Shown one piece after another: positions 10,700 through 23,450 of a stretch of 64,000 bases of DNA. The stretch is from Chiloscyllium plagiosum (Eukaryota): the NCBI RefSeq assembly GCF_004010195.1, contig NC_057719.1, forward strand, positions 87,257,317 through 87,321,316. Reading direction: 5' to 3'. Every line of letters begins with the position of its first letter. Within the stretch, counting starts at the first letter, position 1. Position numbers and translations under genes: made by a program. The notes under the pieces were generated by a model. The model did no database searches. It had not been told where the DNA came from and saw only the letters and a program-made list of their open reading frames with translations.

Positions 10700-10845
10700 T
10701 TGGAGTCAGAGGGTCCTGAGTTTAAGACTTCAGCACAGATGCCACCTTCTGGAGGCTGCCCTCTGAGGTGGGTCTTGAAGATCCCACGCTTTCTTTCAAA
10801 GAAGTGCAAAGTGAGGTTCTCCTCAGCGCTCTGGTCCATGTTTAA
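10700..10845 (+). mobile_element. Deu-domain SINE remnant
   Basis: ctgccctctgaggtgggtcttgaagatcccac...gaagtgcaaagtgaggttctcc resembles the Deu core; similar to 27545-27790. Confidence 0.5.
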
Positions 10846-10849
10846 CAAC

Positions 10850-11690
10850 AACAACAACTTACTTTTCCATAAAACCACCCAAACACCCCCACCATGCTTC
10901 CTGGGTGTGTTATAGAGCCACTGACACCGAGCTGCATCAGTGATGGACAAAAGCCTGGCCCAAATGAGGTGGATTTTTAAGGAGCATCTTAATGGGGCAA
11001 GCTCGGTGAAGAGGCATAGGAAGGGGAATTAGAGAGTCTGGGGCCTAGGCAGCTGGAGGCACAGCCAGCCACGAATCACTGAAATGGTGCCCTGCAGGAG
11101 GAGACCACTCAGCCGTATTGGGCCAGCACCGGTTCTGTTTCCTCATGCCAAACGATGGACCATTCAAAATTGGAGATCCTCAAGAGGCCAGATTTAGATT
11201 TGTGAAAAAGTCTTGGAGGTTGTGGCATGGCTGGAGGAGATTCCGGAATGAGGGAATTGAAAGCAAAGGACAAGGATTATGAAATCGAGGTACTGTTTAA
11301 TTGAGATCTGGTGCAGGTTGGGGATCACTAGGACTATGGTGTGAGCTCTGGATGAAAATGAAAAATGAAAAGACGTGGTATGTACAATAAAAAAACTGCT
11401 TCAGTACTTTTGGAGATTATTGAGGGACAGATGTGCATGACAAATAGGAGGGACAAAACAAAAATAAAGATCTTTTGTAACGCCAATGTTACAAAAGTGA
11501 GAATGTGGGAAAACAGCCAGGAGTGGTGTTGGAATAGTCACCAATGGTAACACAGGTCTTAATGAGGTTTGCTGCAGTTGGTAAACTGAGAAGGAGTGAC
11601 GATGGGCAGCGCTATGAAGGTGATCTCCTCATGGATTGTGGTAAAGCTAGTCTCAGGATCAGATGTGAAAGCCAGGATGCATAGCTCAGC
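10850..11690 (-). mobile_element. Decayed L2 LINE 3' fragments
   Basis: tttttaaggagcatctt...gggcctaggcagctggaggcacagcc typical of an antisense L2 3' end; (aac)n tail at ~10845; similar to 26850-27200. Confidence 0.55.
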
Positions 11691-11883
11691 CTGTCACGGT
11701 AGCGATAAAATAAAAGGTGTTTGATTTTCAACTTCCGTCATCTGATTTTAATTGCTGAGACATTCATGGATTAAACTGAGTTTTAAAAAGGAAAAAGCGC
11801 ACCTCAAATGGCCCTACTCCAGATACCTTTGCTGCCTTGCACACAGGTGGCTGATTCTAACTTATAAAGCCTTTATGGTTGAG

Positions 11884-12625
11884 AATTGAATTGAATGATT
11901 TATTGTCACTTGTCTTTAATGAATAATACAGTAAAATATAGTGAAAACCTTCAACTGTCAACACAACCTGGCAGCAGTTTGAATTGTTTAAGAATAAAAA
12001 GATATAGCTGAAAAATACACTCTCTTCGTTCCACCACCTCTGTCATGAGCCCTGAGCTGCACCATCACCCTGACCTACCGCCTCGCCACCACCTGAGCCT
12101 GACCCACAAACATCAGAGTCATCTGCTGTCTCTGCCACTGGGTCCACCTCAATGACGCTGTTGCCATTGCCGATGCTGGTCCCATGCTGGACCCACAGTT
12201 GCCCCACAACCAAGAGCCCATGAATTTGCTGCTGTCACCGCTTTGCCGATATCAGGAGACCCCGGCTCTGGGCCTATCGCAACCAGCAGCTGCTGCTGCT
12301 GCCTCACCAGGGAGTCTCTGCCCTGGGGCTACCGTAACCAGGAGTCCCCGGCTCTGCAGCTGCCGCTGCTGTCTCACCAATGCCTGGCATTGGGCCTACC
12401 ACAACCAGGCAGCAGCCTGGCTCCAATGCCAGGCTGCTGCCATGCCAAGCATCTTGCTTCAGCTTCCCTCCTCCGCGGCGTCAACATCTCTGCCATCGCT
12501 GACAGGAAGAAGATGATGAAAAAAAAAGAGAAAAGATGAAAAAGGGCAAAGAAATAAGGGAGGCAGTGGATAGTCTGGAGTGGACAACTGAAATGCTCCC
12601 TACCTTGTTAACACCACCATCTTGA
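11884..12625 (-). mobile_element. Probable non-autonomous Rex1-related retroelement
   Basis: Minus strand starts aagatggtgg and ends gacaagtgacaataaatcattcaattcaatt, like the Rex1 tail at ~2680. Confidence 0.45.
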
Positions 12626-13434
12626 AAAAAGAACCTCAGATTACAGCAACTGCTGAGGGAAAAATAAATTGGCTTACTTCACGCTTAAGGTGGTTTTAAC
12701 AGCAGAGAGAACAGAAAGCCCATGTCTTTGTGAGGATTGATTGCTTCTCCCAAATATTCAGAACCCCAAGATGTTCAGATACCTGATAGACAATCAGATA
12801 ACTGTTGTCAGGCAGAAGATCTTTGTCATCGATAACTGGTCACTAGTCCACAGACTAATCAGCTGGCTCTATTTGTACACATCCCTTAGCTCCAAGCCAT
12901 CTGTAATTAGGTTTCTGCTATGACTTGAACATGCAGCTGTGTAAACAGCACTTACAATGAAGTTTAGGTTATTTGCTTTTGAAAGCACCAATCCTTTAAT
13001 AATCCTCGGTTTTTAAAACCGTTCACAAACAAAAAATACAGAAAAATGAAAAGACATAACATGTACAATAAAAAACTGCTCCATTACTTTTGGAAATTAT
13101 CATTGAGGGACTGATACGGATGACAAATAGGAAGGACAAAACAAAAATAAAGATCCTTGGGAGACACCAGCAGTAATTGTGGAGGGGTAGGAAGGGAAAG
13201 AAAAGAATGGAAGCAGGACAGTGTAGTCTGACCCAGCTAGATGACAGTGGTCAAGGAGGATGGTGTGGTCAATCATGTAATTGGGGCTGACAAGTAGGGA
13301 AAGACAAGGAGGGATAGGTTACCTTTGTTACAGTCATAGAGTAACATTTGTGACTTTCTTAAGAGTTGTTTCTGTCCCTGAGGCAAGGACAGAAACCTGA
13401 CTAAGGAATTCAAACATGCAGTTCCAAAGTGAGA

Positions 13435-13772
13435 TGGTCTCCACATCCAACGCATCATCCTTAAACACCTCCACCAACTCCAACTAGACCCTACCACCCA
13501 GAACAACTCTCTGCCTTCACAAGGACCTTCGACAGTCCTTGGTTTGCGCCACTCTCCCCAACAACCCCCTGAACCCTCCAGGTACCTTCCCCTGCAACTG
13601 GAAAAGATGCAAAACCTGCCGTACACCATCCCCCTCACCTCCATCCAGGGCCCCAAACAGTCCTTCCAGGTGAGACAGAGGTTTATCTACCTGTCTTCCA
13701 ACCTCGTTTACTGTATCAGGTGCTCCTGATGTGGTCTTCTCTACATTTGGGAGACTGAACGTAAACTTAGTA
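13435..13772 (+). mobile_element. Penelope-like (Neptune-type) GIY-YIG fragment, decayed
   Basis: GTFPCNWKRCKTC / TSIQGPKQSFQVRQRFIYLSSNLVYCIRCS*CGLLY motif. Confidence 0.8.
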
Positions 13773-13804
13773 TGGGGCAATGTTTATGCAATCTCCTGCA
13801 ATAC

Positions 13805-14130
13805 AGGGAGACAATGACATTGCGGTATTATTCAAAGACCCAAGTAATGCTCTGGACCTCCAAGTTCAAATTCCACCACCATAGATGGTGGCATTTTATT
13901 TCAATTTAAAATTTGGGAGTCTGATGATGATCTGAATTCACTGCCAATTGTTGGAAAAATACCCATCTGGTTCACTAATGTTCTTTAGGGAAGGAGACTG
14001 CCATCTTTACCTGGTCTGTACTACATGTGACTCCAGACCCACAGCAATGTGATTGACTCGTAACTGCCCTCTAGGCAATAAATGCTGGCCTAGCCAGAGG
14101 TGCCATCACCCTGTGAGTTAATTTAAAAAA
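13805..14130 (+). mobile_element. SINE sharing its tail with the second CR1-like LINE family
   Basis: cccatctggttcactaatg...ccagacccacagcaatgtg...ggcaataaatgctggcc; other copies at 26240 and 31215. Confidence 0.75.
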
Positions 14131-14589
14131 TACAAAACTGGGCATGAATATCATGATTTTAAAGAATCCAGCATTACAACTAACTATTATTTACAAACAC
14201 ACGTTCCTCAGGCATATAAGTGTCTGGTGTTTACATGAAGTAATTATGTTCCAGTGGAGGAGCATACTTCCAGTAAGGTGTCATTCTTCAAGTGATCCAA
14301 AGTATGATGGAGTCTGGGATCTTTGTGCTGTTCGGTCATATGCTCCAATGCAGTGATGATATTGTGAGCATATCTCTTAAAGGTACAGTGTCAAACTGAT
14401 TGTGAGACATAGCACAACAATACTTTGCAAAGGTAATGGGGTCAAGGATTTTTTTTAAGGAAGTGATGGTGATGGCCAATTTAAAGGGAAGAGGGAAAAT
14501 AACACAAGTGAAAGGGCTGTTAGCAATACTGTTACAAATAGAGTCATAGTTACAGTTACAAAATTACCACATTTTGGACAGTACTCAAT

Positions 14590-14828
14590 ATCATAGATCT
14601 CTACAGTGTGGGTGCAAGCCATTCAGCCCATCGGGTCCACACCAATTCTCTGAAGGGCATTCCATCTACTCTATCTCAACATGTCCCATGGCCATTCCAC
14701 CACCTGCACATCTTTGGATTGTGGGAGGAAGCTCACATGGAGAGAATGTGCAAACTCCACATACAAGGCTGGAATTGAACTCAGGTCCCTTAGTGTGTGA
14801 GGCAGCAGTGCTAACCACTGAGCCACCC
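14590..14828 (-). mobile_element. HE1-type V-SINE (internally deleted)
   Basis: Reverse-complement head gtgaggcagcagtgctaaccactgagccacc. Confidence 0.8.
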
Positions 14829-15724
14829 AAATTCTAACTTCTATTGTACCTGAGACTTTCATGGAGATGGGTTTAGTCCATCTTTAGTCTTTGGGGATAC
14901 TAAAGCATATGGCTAGTGAGGAGCAGAGTGAGATTAGTTTGGCTGGAATGTACAGAGAGTGAGAACGAGAGCAAGATAAGACAGGGTGGGATATCAACAA
15001 TAACAGCATAGCTTGGGATTTGTATAGACACTTGTAAGTGTTTATAAAACAAATCAGACATGGGGTCAAATAATAAATCACTGCAAAATGAAGTAGAGAG
15101 GCAAAGAGGAGTAGAAAGGATGTTCCTAGTGTTAGGGCTGAGGCAACTGAAGGTGTAACAACCAATACTGGAGCAATTAACACAGGAGATGCTAAAGAGA
15201 CCAGAAATCGAAGAGCGCAGGTATCTCAGAGTGCTGTGGGGCAGGGGAAGGGCATGGAGGGTGAGCAGGAAAGTGGGATTAGATTAGTGTGGGGTGCTAG
15301 ATGCAATCTGTTCCAGAGGTTGCCACTGGGTAACTCACTGAGATTAAACTGCTGGATGTAGTTTACCAAACTCACCAAACCTGATGATATCAGGCAGCTG
15401 CAAATCTTCAGGGCCACAGTAATATATCACTCCTGATTAGAAAAGCAGATTGAACCTTTACTAATCATCATGGACTGACTCAGTCATAAAACTATAGTTT
15501 CTCACGATCTGGATTAGTGAGCTCGGTGCGTCGTTATCAGCGAGTCTTGTTATTGCACTGCCCTCAGCTCTGTTCTCCTGTCAAGAAGCTGGATAGGGTG
15601 TGGGGAGGAGGAGGTGAGATGGCACTGAGGGAGCTGAGCTGATTTAAAATGCAATAGGGCAAAGGTTTCAGGAGATATTGGACTGGCGATCCTGAAAGCA
15701 GTAGGAGGAGGTGAGTCGGAGATG

Positions 15725-15975
15725 TTGAGAGAGTTTGGGGAGTTTAGACAATGAGTTGAGGGGTTTGGGGAGTTTAGTCAATGGGTTGGGGTGTTTGGGG
15801 AGTTTAGTCAATGGTTTGAGGGGTTTGGGGAGTTTAGTCAATGGGTTGAGGGAGTTGGGGAGTGTGGGAATGGGTTGAGGGAGTTGGGGAGTTTTGGCAA
15901 TGGGTTGGGGTGGGTTCGGGGAGTTTAGTCAATTGGTTGAGGAAGTTGGAAACTTTAGTCAATGAGTTGAGGGAG
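15725..15975. repeat. ~30-bp G-rich minisatellite (gagggtttggggagtttagtcaatgggtt)
   Basis: About 8 degenerate tandem units. Confidence 0.85.
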
Positions 15976-16644
15976 TCAGGAAGAGATGAGTGGAACCAAC
16001 TCTTTCACTTGCATTATTTTCTCTCTTCCCTTTAAATCGGCCATCACCATCCCTTTCTTTCTAAAAAATCCTTGACCCCATTATCTTTCATAGCAAATGA
16101 CCAGACAGCACAAGGATCCCAGACTCCATCGTACTTTGGATCACTTGAGGGGGTCAGGAGGAGATGATGGATGTGCTGATGCCCATTTCATGCTCTCAGT
16201 GAGTAATGTTGTACAATCACACTGTAGTGGGGATCCTGGCTGTCAACATCTTGTTCCATTGGGAAGTTCCTCGGTGTCCATTCCTCAATTTTGCGAGTAA
16301 GTACAATTCTTACTTTATGTCTGTAGGACACTGAGGAAACTTCCTTATCACTACTGACAGCGTCATGAAGATGTTATAAATTGTATCTCGCAATAAAACT
16401 TTGCTTGATACAACGTGCGTGGTGTTGTAAATCTTGTGAAAAAAAGACTGGGAACTGGCTTGAACTGTTACTTATGTCATGGGAATAGTTATGTTACTGT
16501 CAATACTTTCTTGAGTCTCAAAGCTCCTTCTTGGTATTAAAAAGAAAATTCTTTGCTCACCAACCTATTCACATAGTTTTAGAAGGTTGCTAATATATTG
16601 ACTCCAGTCTCCACATTCTGACAGAGACTCAAATGTCACTATCT

Positions 16645-17440
16645 TCCCATGTTTCTGCTGTGCTTGTTCTTCTAGATGGAAGTGGTGTGGGTTTGGAAGG
16701 TGCTGTCTAAGGAGCCTTGATGAGTTGCTGCATTGCATCTTGCAGCTAACACACCCTGCTGCTACTGAGTGTCACGATGGAGGGAGTGTTTGTGGATGTG
16801 GTGCCAATCAAGTGGGCTGCTTTGTCCTGGGTGGTGTTAAGCTTCTTGAGTGTTGTTGGAGCTGCACCCATCCAGGCAAGTGGGGAGTATTCCATCACAC
16901 TCCTGTGCCTTGTAGATGGCAGATAAGATTTGTCATTTGCCAACCCAGATAATTGTTCTAGCCTTGTTACATTTGAACATGGACTGTTTCAGTATTTGAG
17001 GAGATGTGAATGATGCTGAACAATGTGCAATCATCAGAGAACATCCCCACTTCTGACCTTTTGATGGAGAGAAGGTCATTGATGAAGCAGCTGAAGATGG
17101 TTGGGCCTAGAATACTCCCCTGAGGAACTCCTGCAGAGATGTCTTGGAGCTGAGATGACTGACCTTCAACAACCCCAACTATCTTCCTATGTGCTTGGTA
17201 TGACTCTAATGCGCAGAGCATTTGTCTCTGATATTCATTGATTCCAGTTTTGCTAAGATTCCTCGAAGCCACACTTAGTTGAATGCAGCCTTGATGTCAA
17301 GGGCTGTCATTCTCACCTCACCGCTGGAATTCAGCTCTTTTGTCCATACTTGAGTCAAGGCTACAATGAGGACAGGAGCTGAATGGGTCTGATACAAATC
17401 CAAACTGGGCTTCATTGAGCAGGTACTGCTTGAGAGCAGT
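16645..17440 (-). mobile_element. Second CR1-like LINE family, RT fragment
   Basis: Minus ORF ISAGVPQGSILGPTIFSCFINDL...GMFSDD and SVMEYSPLAWM. Confidence 0.85.
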
Positions 17441-18082
17441 TGATGAGACCTAGCCCATTAATTTAGCTTGCCAGACCCTTTTAAAGCCTTCTTGCATCCT
17501 CCTCACAAGGTCCAACCTAATTATAAATAGTTACAATAAACATATTTGGAAATAATACTAAATGTTCCCACATTTAAATAATTTATACAGATTGTGAACG
17601 TAAGTGGACCCAGCACTGATCCTTGCAGCACACCACTAGCCCTGCCATCCAGAGAATGATCTGTTCATTCCAATTCTCTGTTTACTATCTGTTAACCAGT
17701 TCTTAATCCATGCTAGTACACTTCCCCCAATCCAGTGGACTGAAATTTTATTTACTAATCTTTAGTGTGGGACCCGGCGTGGATGGAGTCAGTATCACTT
17801 TGGTGGACAAAAGCGTAGGAATAACATCTACTGGATGCTGGGACAATGAAGGGGCAGATAAATGAAGCGGGGAATTTTGTAAACTGTGGCTACATTTCAT
17901 TTGCAACCATTTCTCTCCCCAGTTGCAATGCACCTGGAGTGAATGTGCTTAGGCATTGTTCACCAGTCAAAATGCATTCCATTATTTGGGAAACTTTCAG
18001 GGTTACTGTGGGTGGCGGGAACATCACTTCATCATACAACATGTCAGCGTGAGAATGGACTTTACTGAATGTCCATAGGACA

Positions 18083-18393
18083 GGGCAACACGGTGGCTCA
18101 GTGGTTAGCACTGCTGCATCATAGTGCCCAAGACCTGGGCTCAATTCCACCTTGGATGACTGCCTGCGTACAGTTTGAATGTTCTCCTGTGTCTGTGTGG
18201 GTTTCCTCCAGGTGCTGCAGTATCCTCCCACAGTCCAAAGATGTGCAGGTTAGGTGGATTGGCCATGCTAAGTTGTGCAGGGATGTGCAGGTTGAGTGGA
18301 TTAGCCATGGGAAATGCAGGGTTATAGTGTTGGGTCTGGATAGGATGCTCGTTGGAGGGTTGCTGTGGACCACACTGTATGGATTCTATGATT
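18083..18393 (+). mobile_element. HE1-type V-SINE
   Basis: gggcaacacggtggctcagtggttagcactgc head; ggattctatgatt tail. Confidence 0.88.
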
Positions 18394-18497
18394 CATGGCT
18401 GACGTGGGAAGGGGGTCAGAGTGCAGCAGGCACTCTCTTTTCAATGTAAGGTGTTGATCACTCACTCAGAGTGGCACCTTCGCCAAGTTGGTACCCC

Positions 18498-18598
18498 ATT
18501 GTGGGGCTGCTGATGTTGTGGTTCCCTTCCTTGGATCAGTCTGGGAGGAGTATAATCCAGAAAGAGGGTGCTGCATCATTCTGATGTGATGTGCTCTG
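18498..18598 (+). mobile_element. PIF/Harbinger transposase C-terminal remnant
   Basis: IVGLLMLWFPSLDQSG, then after a frameshift EYNPERGCCIILM*CAL; resembles Harbinger IGLLKMRFRCLDRSGG..YSPERV..I...CC.LHN. Confidence 0.55.
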
Positions 18599-18941
18599 AT
18601 CTAATGGAGAGGGAGGCTAAGCAACTGGGGGAATGGGGATGGGTGGGGTGCAGTCCCCCAAGGAAGAGGATGAGGACACTGGGGGTGTGGAAGCTCTCCT
18701 TTACCATGACAGAGTTTAGATGCGTTGGGCACAACTGGACCTGATTGGCACACAAGTCCCGGAGTTGAGAGCTGGGTGCAGCAGAACTTTTGTAGACTGA
18801 TAAAATAGTTATTGGTCATCATGCTGACATTTGGTTTGCATTGTGGGGGCGTCTGTAACCTCTGTTTGTTTTTGCTTGTGTTCCCTCTTGATGGCTGTCA
18901 AGAAAAGGTCAGTTTGGAATTGTCCCATTGCTTGCCTGTGA

Positions 18942-20535
18942 TAGAACATAGAACATAGAAGAATACAGCGCAGTACAGGCCCTTTGGCCCTCGATGTTGC
19001 GCCGATCCAAGCCCACCTAACCTATACTAACCCACTATCCTCCATATACCTATCCAATGCCCGCTTAAATGCCCATAAAGAGGGAGAGTCCACCATTGCT
19101 ACTGGCAGGGCATTCCATGAACTTACGACTCGCTGAGTGAAGAACCTACCCCTAACTTCAGTCCAATATCTACCCCCCTTAATGTAAAGCTATGCCCCCT
19201 TGTAATACCCAACTCCATACGCGGGAAAAGGTTCACACTGTCAACCCTATCTAACCCCCTAATCATCTTGTACACCTCAATCAAGTCACCCCTAAACCTT
19301 CTTTTCTCTAATGAAAACAGCCCCAAGTGCCTCAGTCTTTCCTCATACGATCTTCCTTCCACACCAGGCAACATTCTGGTAAACCTCCTCTGCACCCGTT
19401 CCAGTGCCTCCACATCCTTCCTATAGTATGGCGACCAAAACTGCACACAATATTCCAGATGCGGCCGCACCAGAGTCTTATACAACTGCATCATGACCTC
19501 AGGACTCCCGAACTCAATTCCTCTACCAATAAAAGCCAGTACGCCATATGCCTTCCTCACCGCACTATTTACCTGGGTGGCAACTTTCAGAGATCTGTGT
19601 ACATGGACACCAAGATCCCTCTGCTCATCCACACTACCAAGTATCCGACCATTAGCCCAGTACCCCATCTATTAGCCCAGTACCCCATCTGCAAAGGAGC
19701 AACTTTTTCATGCAGAGGGTGGTGCGTGTATGGAATGAGCTGCCAGAGGAAGTGGTGGAGGCTGGTACAATTACAACATTTAAAAGGCATCTGGATGGGT
19801 ATNNNNNNNNNNNNNNNNNNNNNNNNNNNNNNNNNNNNNNNNNNNNNNNNNNNNNNNNNNNNNNNNNNNNNNTTAAGGCCAATGGCTCTGCAATCTCCTC
19901 CCTTGCTTCCCAGAGAATCCTAGGATAAATGCCATCAGGCCCAGGGGACTTATCTATTTTCACCTTTTCCAGGATTTCCAACACCTCTTCTCTACATACC
20001 TCAAAGCCATCCATTCTACTTATTTGTGCCTCAGTATTCTCATCGACAACAATGCCCTGTTCCTGAGTGAATACTGAAGAAAAGTATTCATTCAGTGTCT
20101 CCCCAATCTCTTCCGCCTCCACACGCAACTTCCCCCTACTATCCTTGACTGGACCTATTCCTACCCTAGTCATTCTTTTATTCCTAACATACCTATAGAA
20201 AGCCTTAGGGTTTTCCCTAATCCTATCTACTAATGACCTTTCATGTCCCCTCCTTGCTGCTTTTAGCTCTCTCTTCAGGTCCTTCCTGGCTACCCTATAA
20301 CTCTCAATCGCCCCAATTGAACCTTCATGTCTCATCTTGAGATAGGCCGCCCTCTTCCATTTAACAAGGGATTCCAATTCCTTATTAAACCACGGCTCCC
20401 TCGCACAACCCTTTCCTCCCTGCCTGACAGGTACATAATTATCAAGGACACTCAATAGTTGCTCCTTGAACAAGCTCCACATATCATTTACACTCTTGCC
20501 TTGGAGTCTACTTTTCCAAGCCACACATCCTAAGT
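18942..20535 (-). mobile_element. Young CR1 (HER1-like) LINE, ORF2 fragments, spanning an N gap
   Basis: ORFs 19123-19668 (LYKTLVRPHLEYCVQFWSP...RGDLIEVYK) and 19652-20524 (ENPKAFYRYV...KSPGPDGIYPRIL); (ttctatg)n tail. Confidence 0.92.
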
Positions 20536-21299
20536 CACCTTCTGGGGGATCACAAGCTACAGGTCTCTTTTGGGCATTCAGAACAGAGTAGAAGTAATTT
20601 AGAAAAGGTGTTCACATGGGATGTAGCTAAGGCAAACTGTATGGCCTGATGCAAGAATGGGGTTGTACGTCTGACGGAGAGAATGGTGGCCAGGCCAGGT
20701 ACATTGCCAATGCTGGTCTGGAGGCAAGCGGCCTTGCAAAGATGGTGTAGGTGCAAGGGATGCTGATCTTTTGGTGGATATCGAGTGACTGGTTCTGGGA
20801 ATGGCATGTCGTAAGACAGGGACAGAGCTGGACAAGAGGGACACCAGAGGGAAGGAGTTAATGAGGCAAGTTTGACAAAACATGGACAGAAATATTGCTA
20901 TGCCTCGTGCTGAAAAAATTTCCAAAAAAATTGATGCAACTCGGACGTAGCCAAAACAAAGTAAGATTCAACCCAAAGTATTTGTTTGATTTTTCTATGA
21001 TTTCCTGTTTGTTCACTATAAATTCTTCTGAACCCACATGTAATGGGCCCACATTTATTCTAAATAATCTTCTTGTTTGCTCATACCCGAAAGGAGCTTT
21101 TACAGTCCAAAATCATGTTCCTCACTATTTTGCATTCCTATTCTCTTTGCCATTTCTCAATTTGCTTCTTGGTCCTCCTTTGCTGGGTTCTAAATTGCCC
21201 CTAGTCCTCAGGCTTACCATTTTTTCTGGCATCTTTATAAGCCAGTTCCTTTGATCTAATGCAACCTTTAACTTCTTTCATTAATAATGATTTTGCCCC

Positions 21300-21600
21300 G
21301 GGGTGGGGGAGTCCAAAACTAGAGGGCATAGGTTTAAGGTCAGAGGGGAAAGATTTAAAAAGGACCTACGAGGTAACTTTTTCATGCAGAGGGTGCTACA
21401 TGTATGGAATGAGCTACGAGAGGAAGTGGTGGAAGCATGTACAATTACAACATTTATAAGGCATCTTGCTGGGTGTATGAATAGGAAGAGTTTAGAGGGA
21501 CATGGGTCAAATGTTAGCAAATGGGACAACGTCAGATTGGGACGTCTGGTTGGCACAAATGAGTTGGACCGAAGGACCTGTTTCTGTGCTGTATGACTCT
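21300..21600 (+). mobile_element. CR1 LINE 3' end
   Basis: TRGHRFKVRGERFKKDLRGNFFMQRV. Confidence 0.88.
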
Positions 21601-21759
21601 AATCACGGTTAATTTATCTTTATCTTCAAATCTAATTGGATGGTGCTCATAGAGGTGTCTTAGTATTTGTGCACCTCTGGAAGATTGCACTTAATGTTCT
21701 GCAATTCAAACTCAAAATTTTGATACTTGTATTTAGTTAATGTCTCTAATTAATTGCCC

Positions 21760-21975
21760 ATGAATGGGGTAGAGACCAGGAATGGGTTAGTGTCCATAAA
21801 TGGGGTAGTGTCCATAAATGGGGTAGTGTCCATAAATGGGGTAGTGTACACAAATGGGGTAATGCTCAGGAAATGGGGTAGTGCTCAGGAAATGGGTAGC
21901 TTCCATGAATATGGTAGTACCCAAGAATGGGGTAAGTGTCCAGGAATGGAGCAGTGGCCAGGAATGGGATAATAT
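21760..21975. repeat. 18-bp minisatellite (aatggggtagtgtccata)
   Basis: About 11 degenerate tandem units. Confidence 0.85.
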
Positions 21976-23049
21976 CCAAGACTGAGAAAGTTGCATGTCA
22001 TTGGTAGATGGTCTGAATGTCCTATACTGCTCAGGTCCCGTGGAGCAGGGAGACTCCGAACTGAATACTCACAAACAGGGATGTTGTCGAGCTATATCCT
22101 CTGAGAGTTCACGGAACATGTGGAGACCACGGCAGCAAGGGGAAATGTGTAAAACAGACTCTGCTAACAATGCAGGCTGCAGGTGCAGCCAGTCCCTGCA
22201 TATAAATGGCCTGACCAAATCAGTCAACCTGTTTGTGCAGTCCACAACTCAGAGTCGTTTAATTGATTTGCAGTATGGAGCTCCCAGGCTGTAACATCGG
22301 AGATTGGGAGCAACGTCTGGTCAGTGCCTCCATTCCTGGAATCCATCCATGTGAAGATTGTTGTGAAATGTTAAGGATTTCTGGGTGGATGTTTCTTGAC
22401 TCAGACACTTAGAACAACAAGCGGTGGGAACAAACGTGAGGAAAGTCAGCCAAGCACAACAATCCCAGCCACACAGCTCGTGACCTTTGAGAGAATCCCA
22501 ACAGGAAATACCAATTGCGGTGTTGTAGGTATGGAGCGCAAAGCAATGGAAACGTAACTCACTCATTCCATTTCACTCTGTTAACAGCTTGATGGACCAG
22601 GGTCAGCAATGCAGCAGCATTTCATACACGGGAGACAATCCATAATGCTGACAGGACAGCACACTGACAGTGGCCCTCTCTGCTCATTAGGAGACATAGC
22701 TCTCTTCCAATCTTCAAGATAAATTAGAAAGCAGGGCTTCATCTCCAGATTACTCCTGTATCACATGTGAGGGTGTACAGAAATAAGAAGATGGAACAGC
22801 ACAGATGAATGCCTGGCTAGAGAGATACAGCAGTAGGGAGGGCTTTAGATTCCAAGAAAAACTGGGAATAGTTCAGGAGGAGATAGAACCTGTACTGGGT
22901 CACAGCTTCTGCAAATCCACACACAGACACACACGCACTTAAAACCCCCTTCCTCACAGTACTGAGGATGTAGTTGCAGTTCCCCACCACCCTCTCAAGG
23001 GATGGACAATAATTGCTTAAATTCCACTAATGAATAAATTAATGTACAT

Positions 23050-23450
23050 TCGTATGCACATTTACATACTCATACACATTTACACAAGCACTCTCAAATT
23101 CACACTCTCACAAATGATCACACTCATCCTCAGGTTAACACTCGCACAAATTTACACAGTCACCCTCATGTTCGCACACACAAATTTACACACTTACATT
23201 TAGGTTCACGTTCACACAAGTTTACACACATCATCTGGTTCACATACAAATTTACACAGTCACCCTCAGGTTTGCACACACACAAATTTGCACACTTGCC
23301 CTCAGGTTCACACTCACACAAACTTATATTCTCGCCCCAAGGTTCACATACACATTTGTATCAGCACCACCAGGTTTGCACACACTCTCAAATTTACACA
23401 CATACTTACACTCACCCTCAGGTTCACACTTGGACCCGTTTTCACACAAA
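23050..23450. repeat. ~30-bp CA-rich minisatellite (cacacaaatttacacactcaccctcaggtt)
   Basis: Recurrent degenerate units. Confidence 0.8.

Noticed and set aside
12184..12539. Ala/Cys-rich ORFs
   Set aside because: Low-complexity interior of a probable non-autonomous retroelement.
19651..19872. 20-bp duplication and strand flip within the young CR1
   Set aside because: Adjacent to an N gap; could be twin priming but an assembly artefact is as likely.
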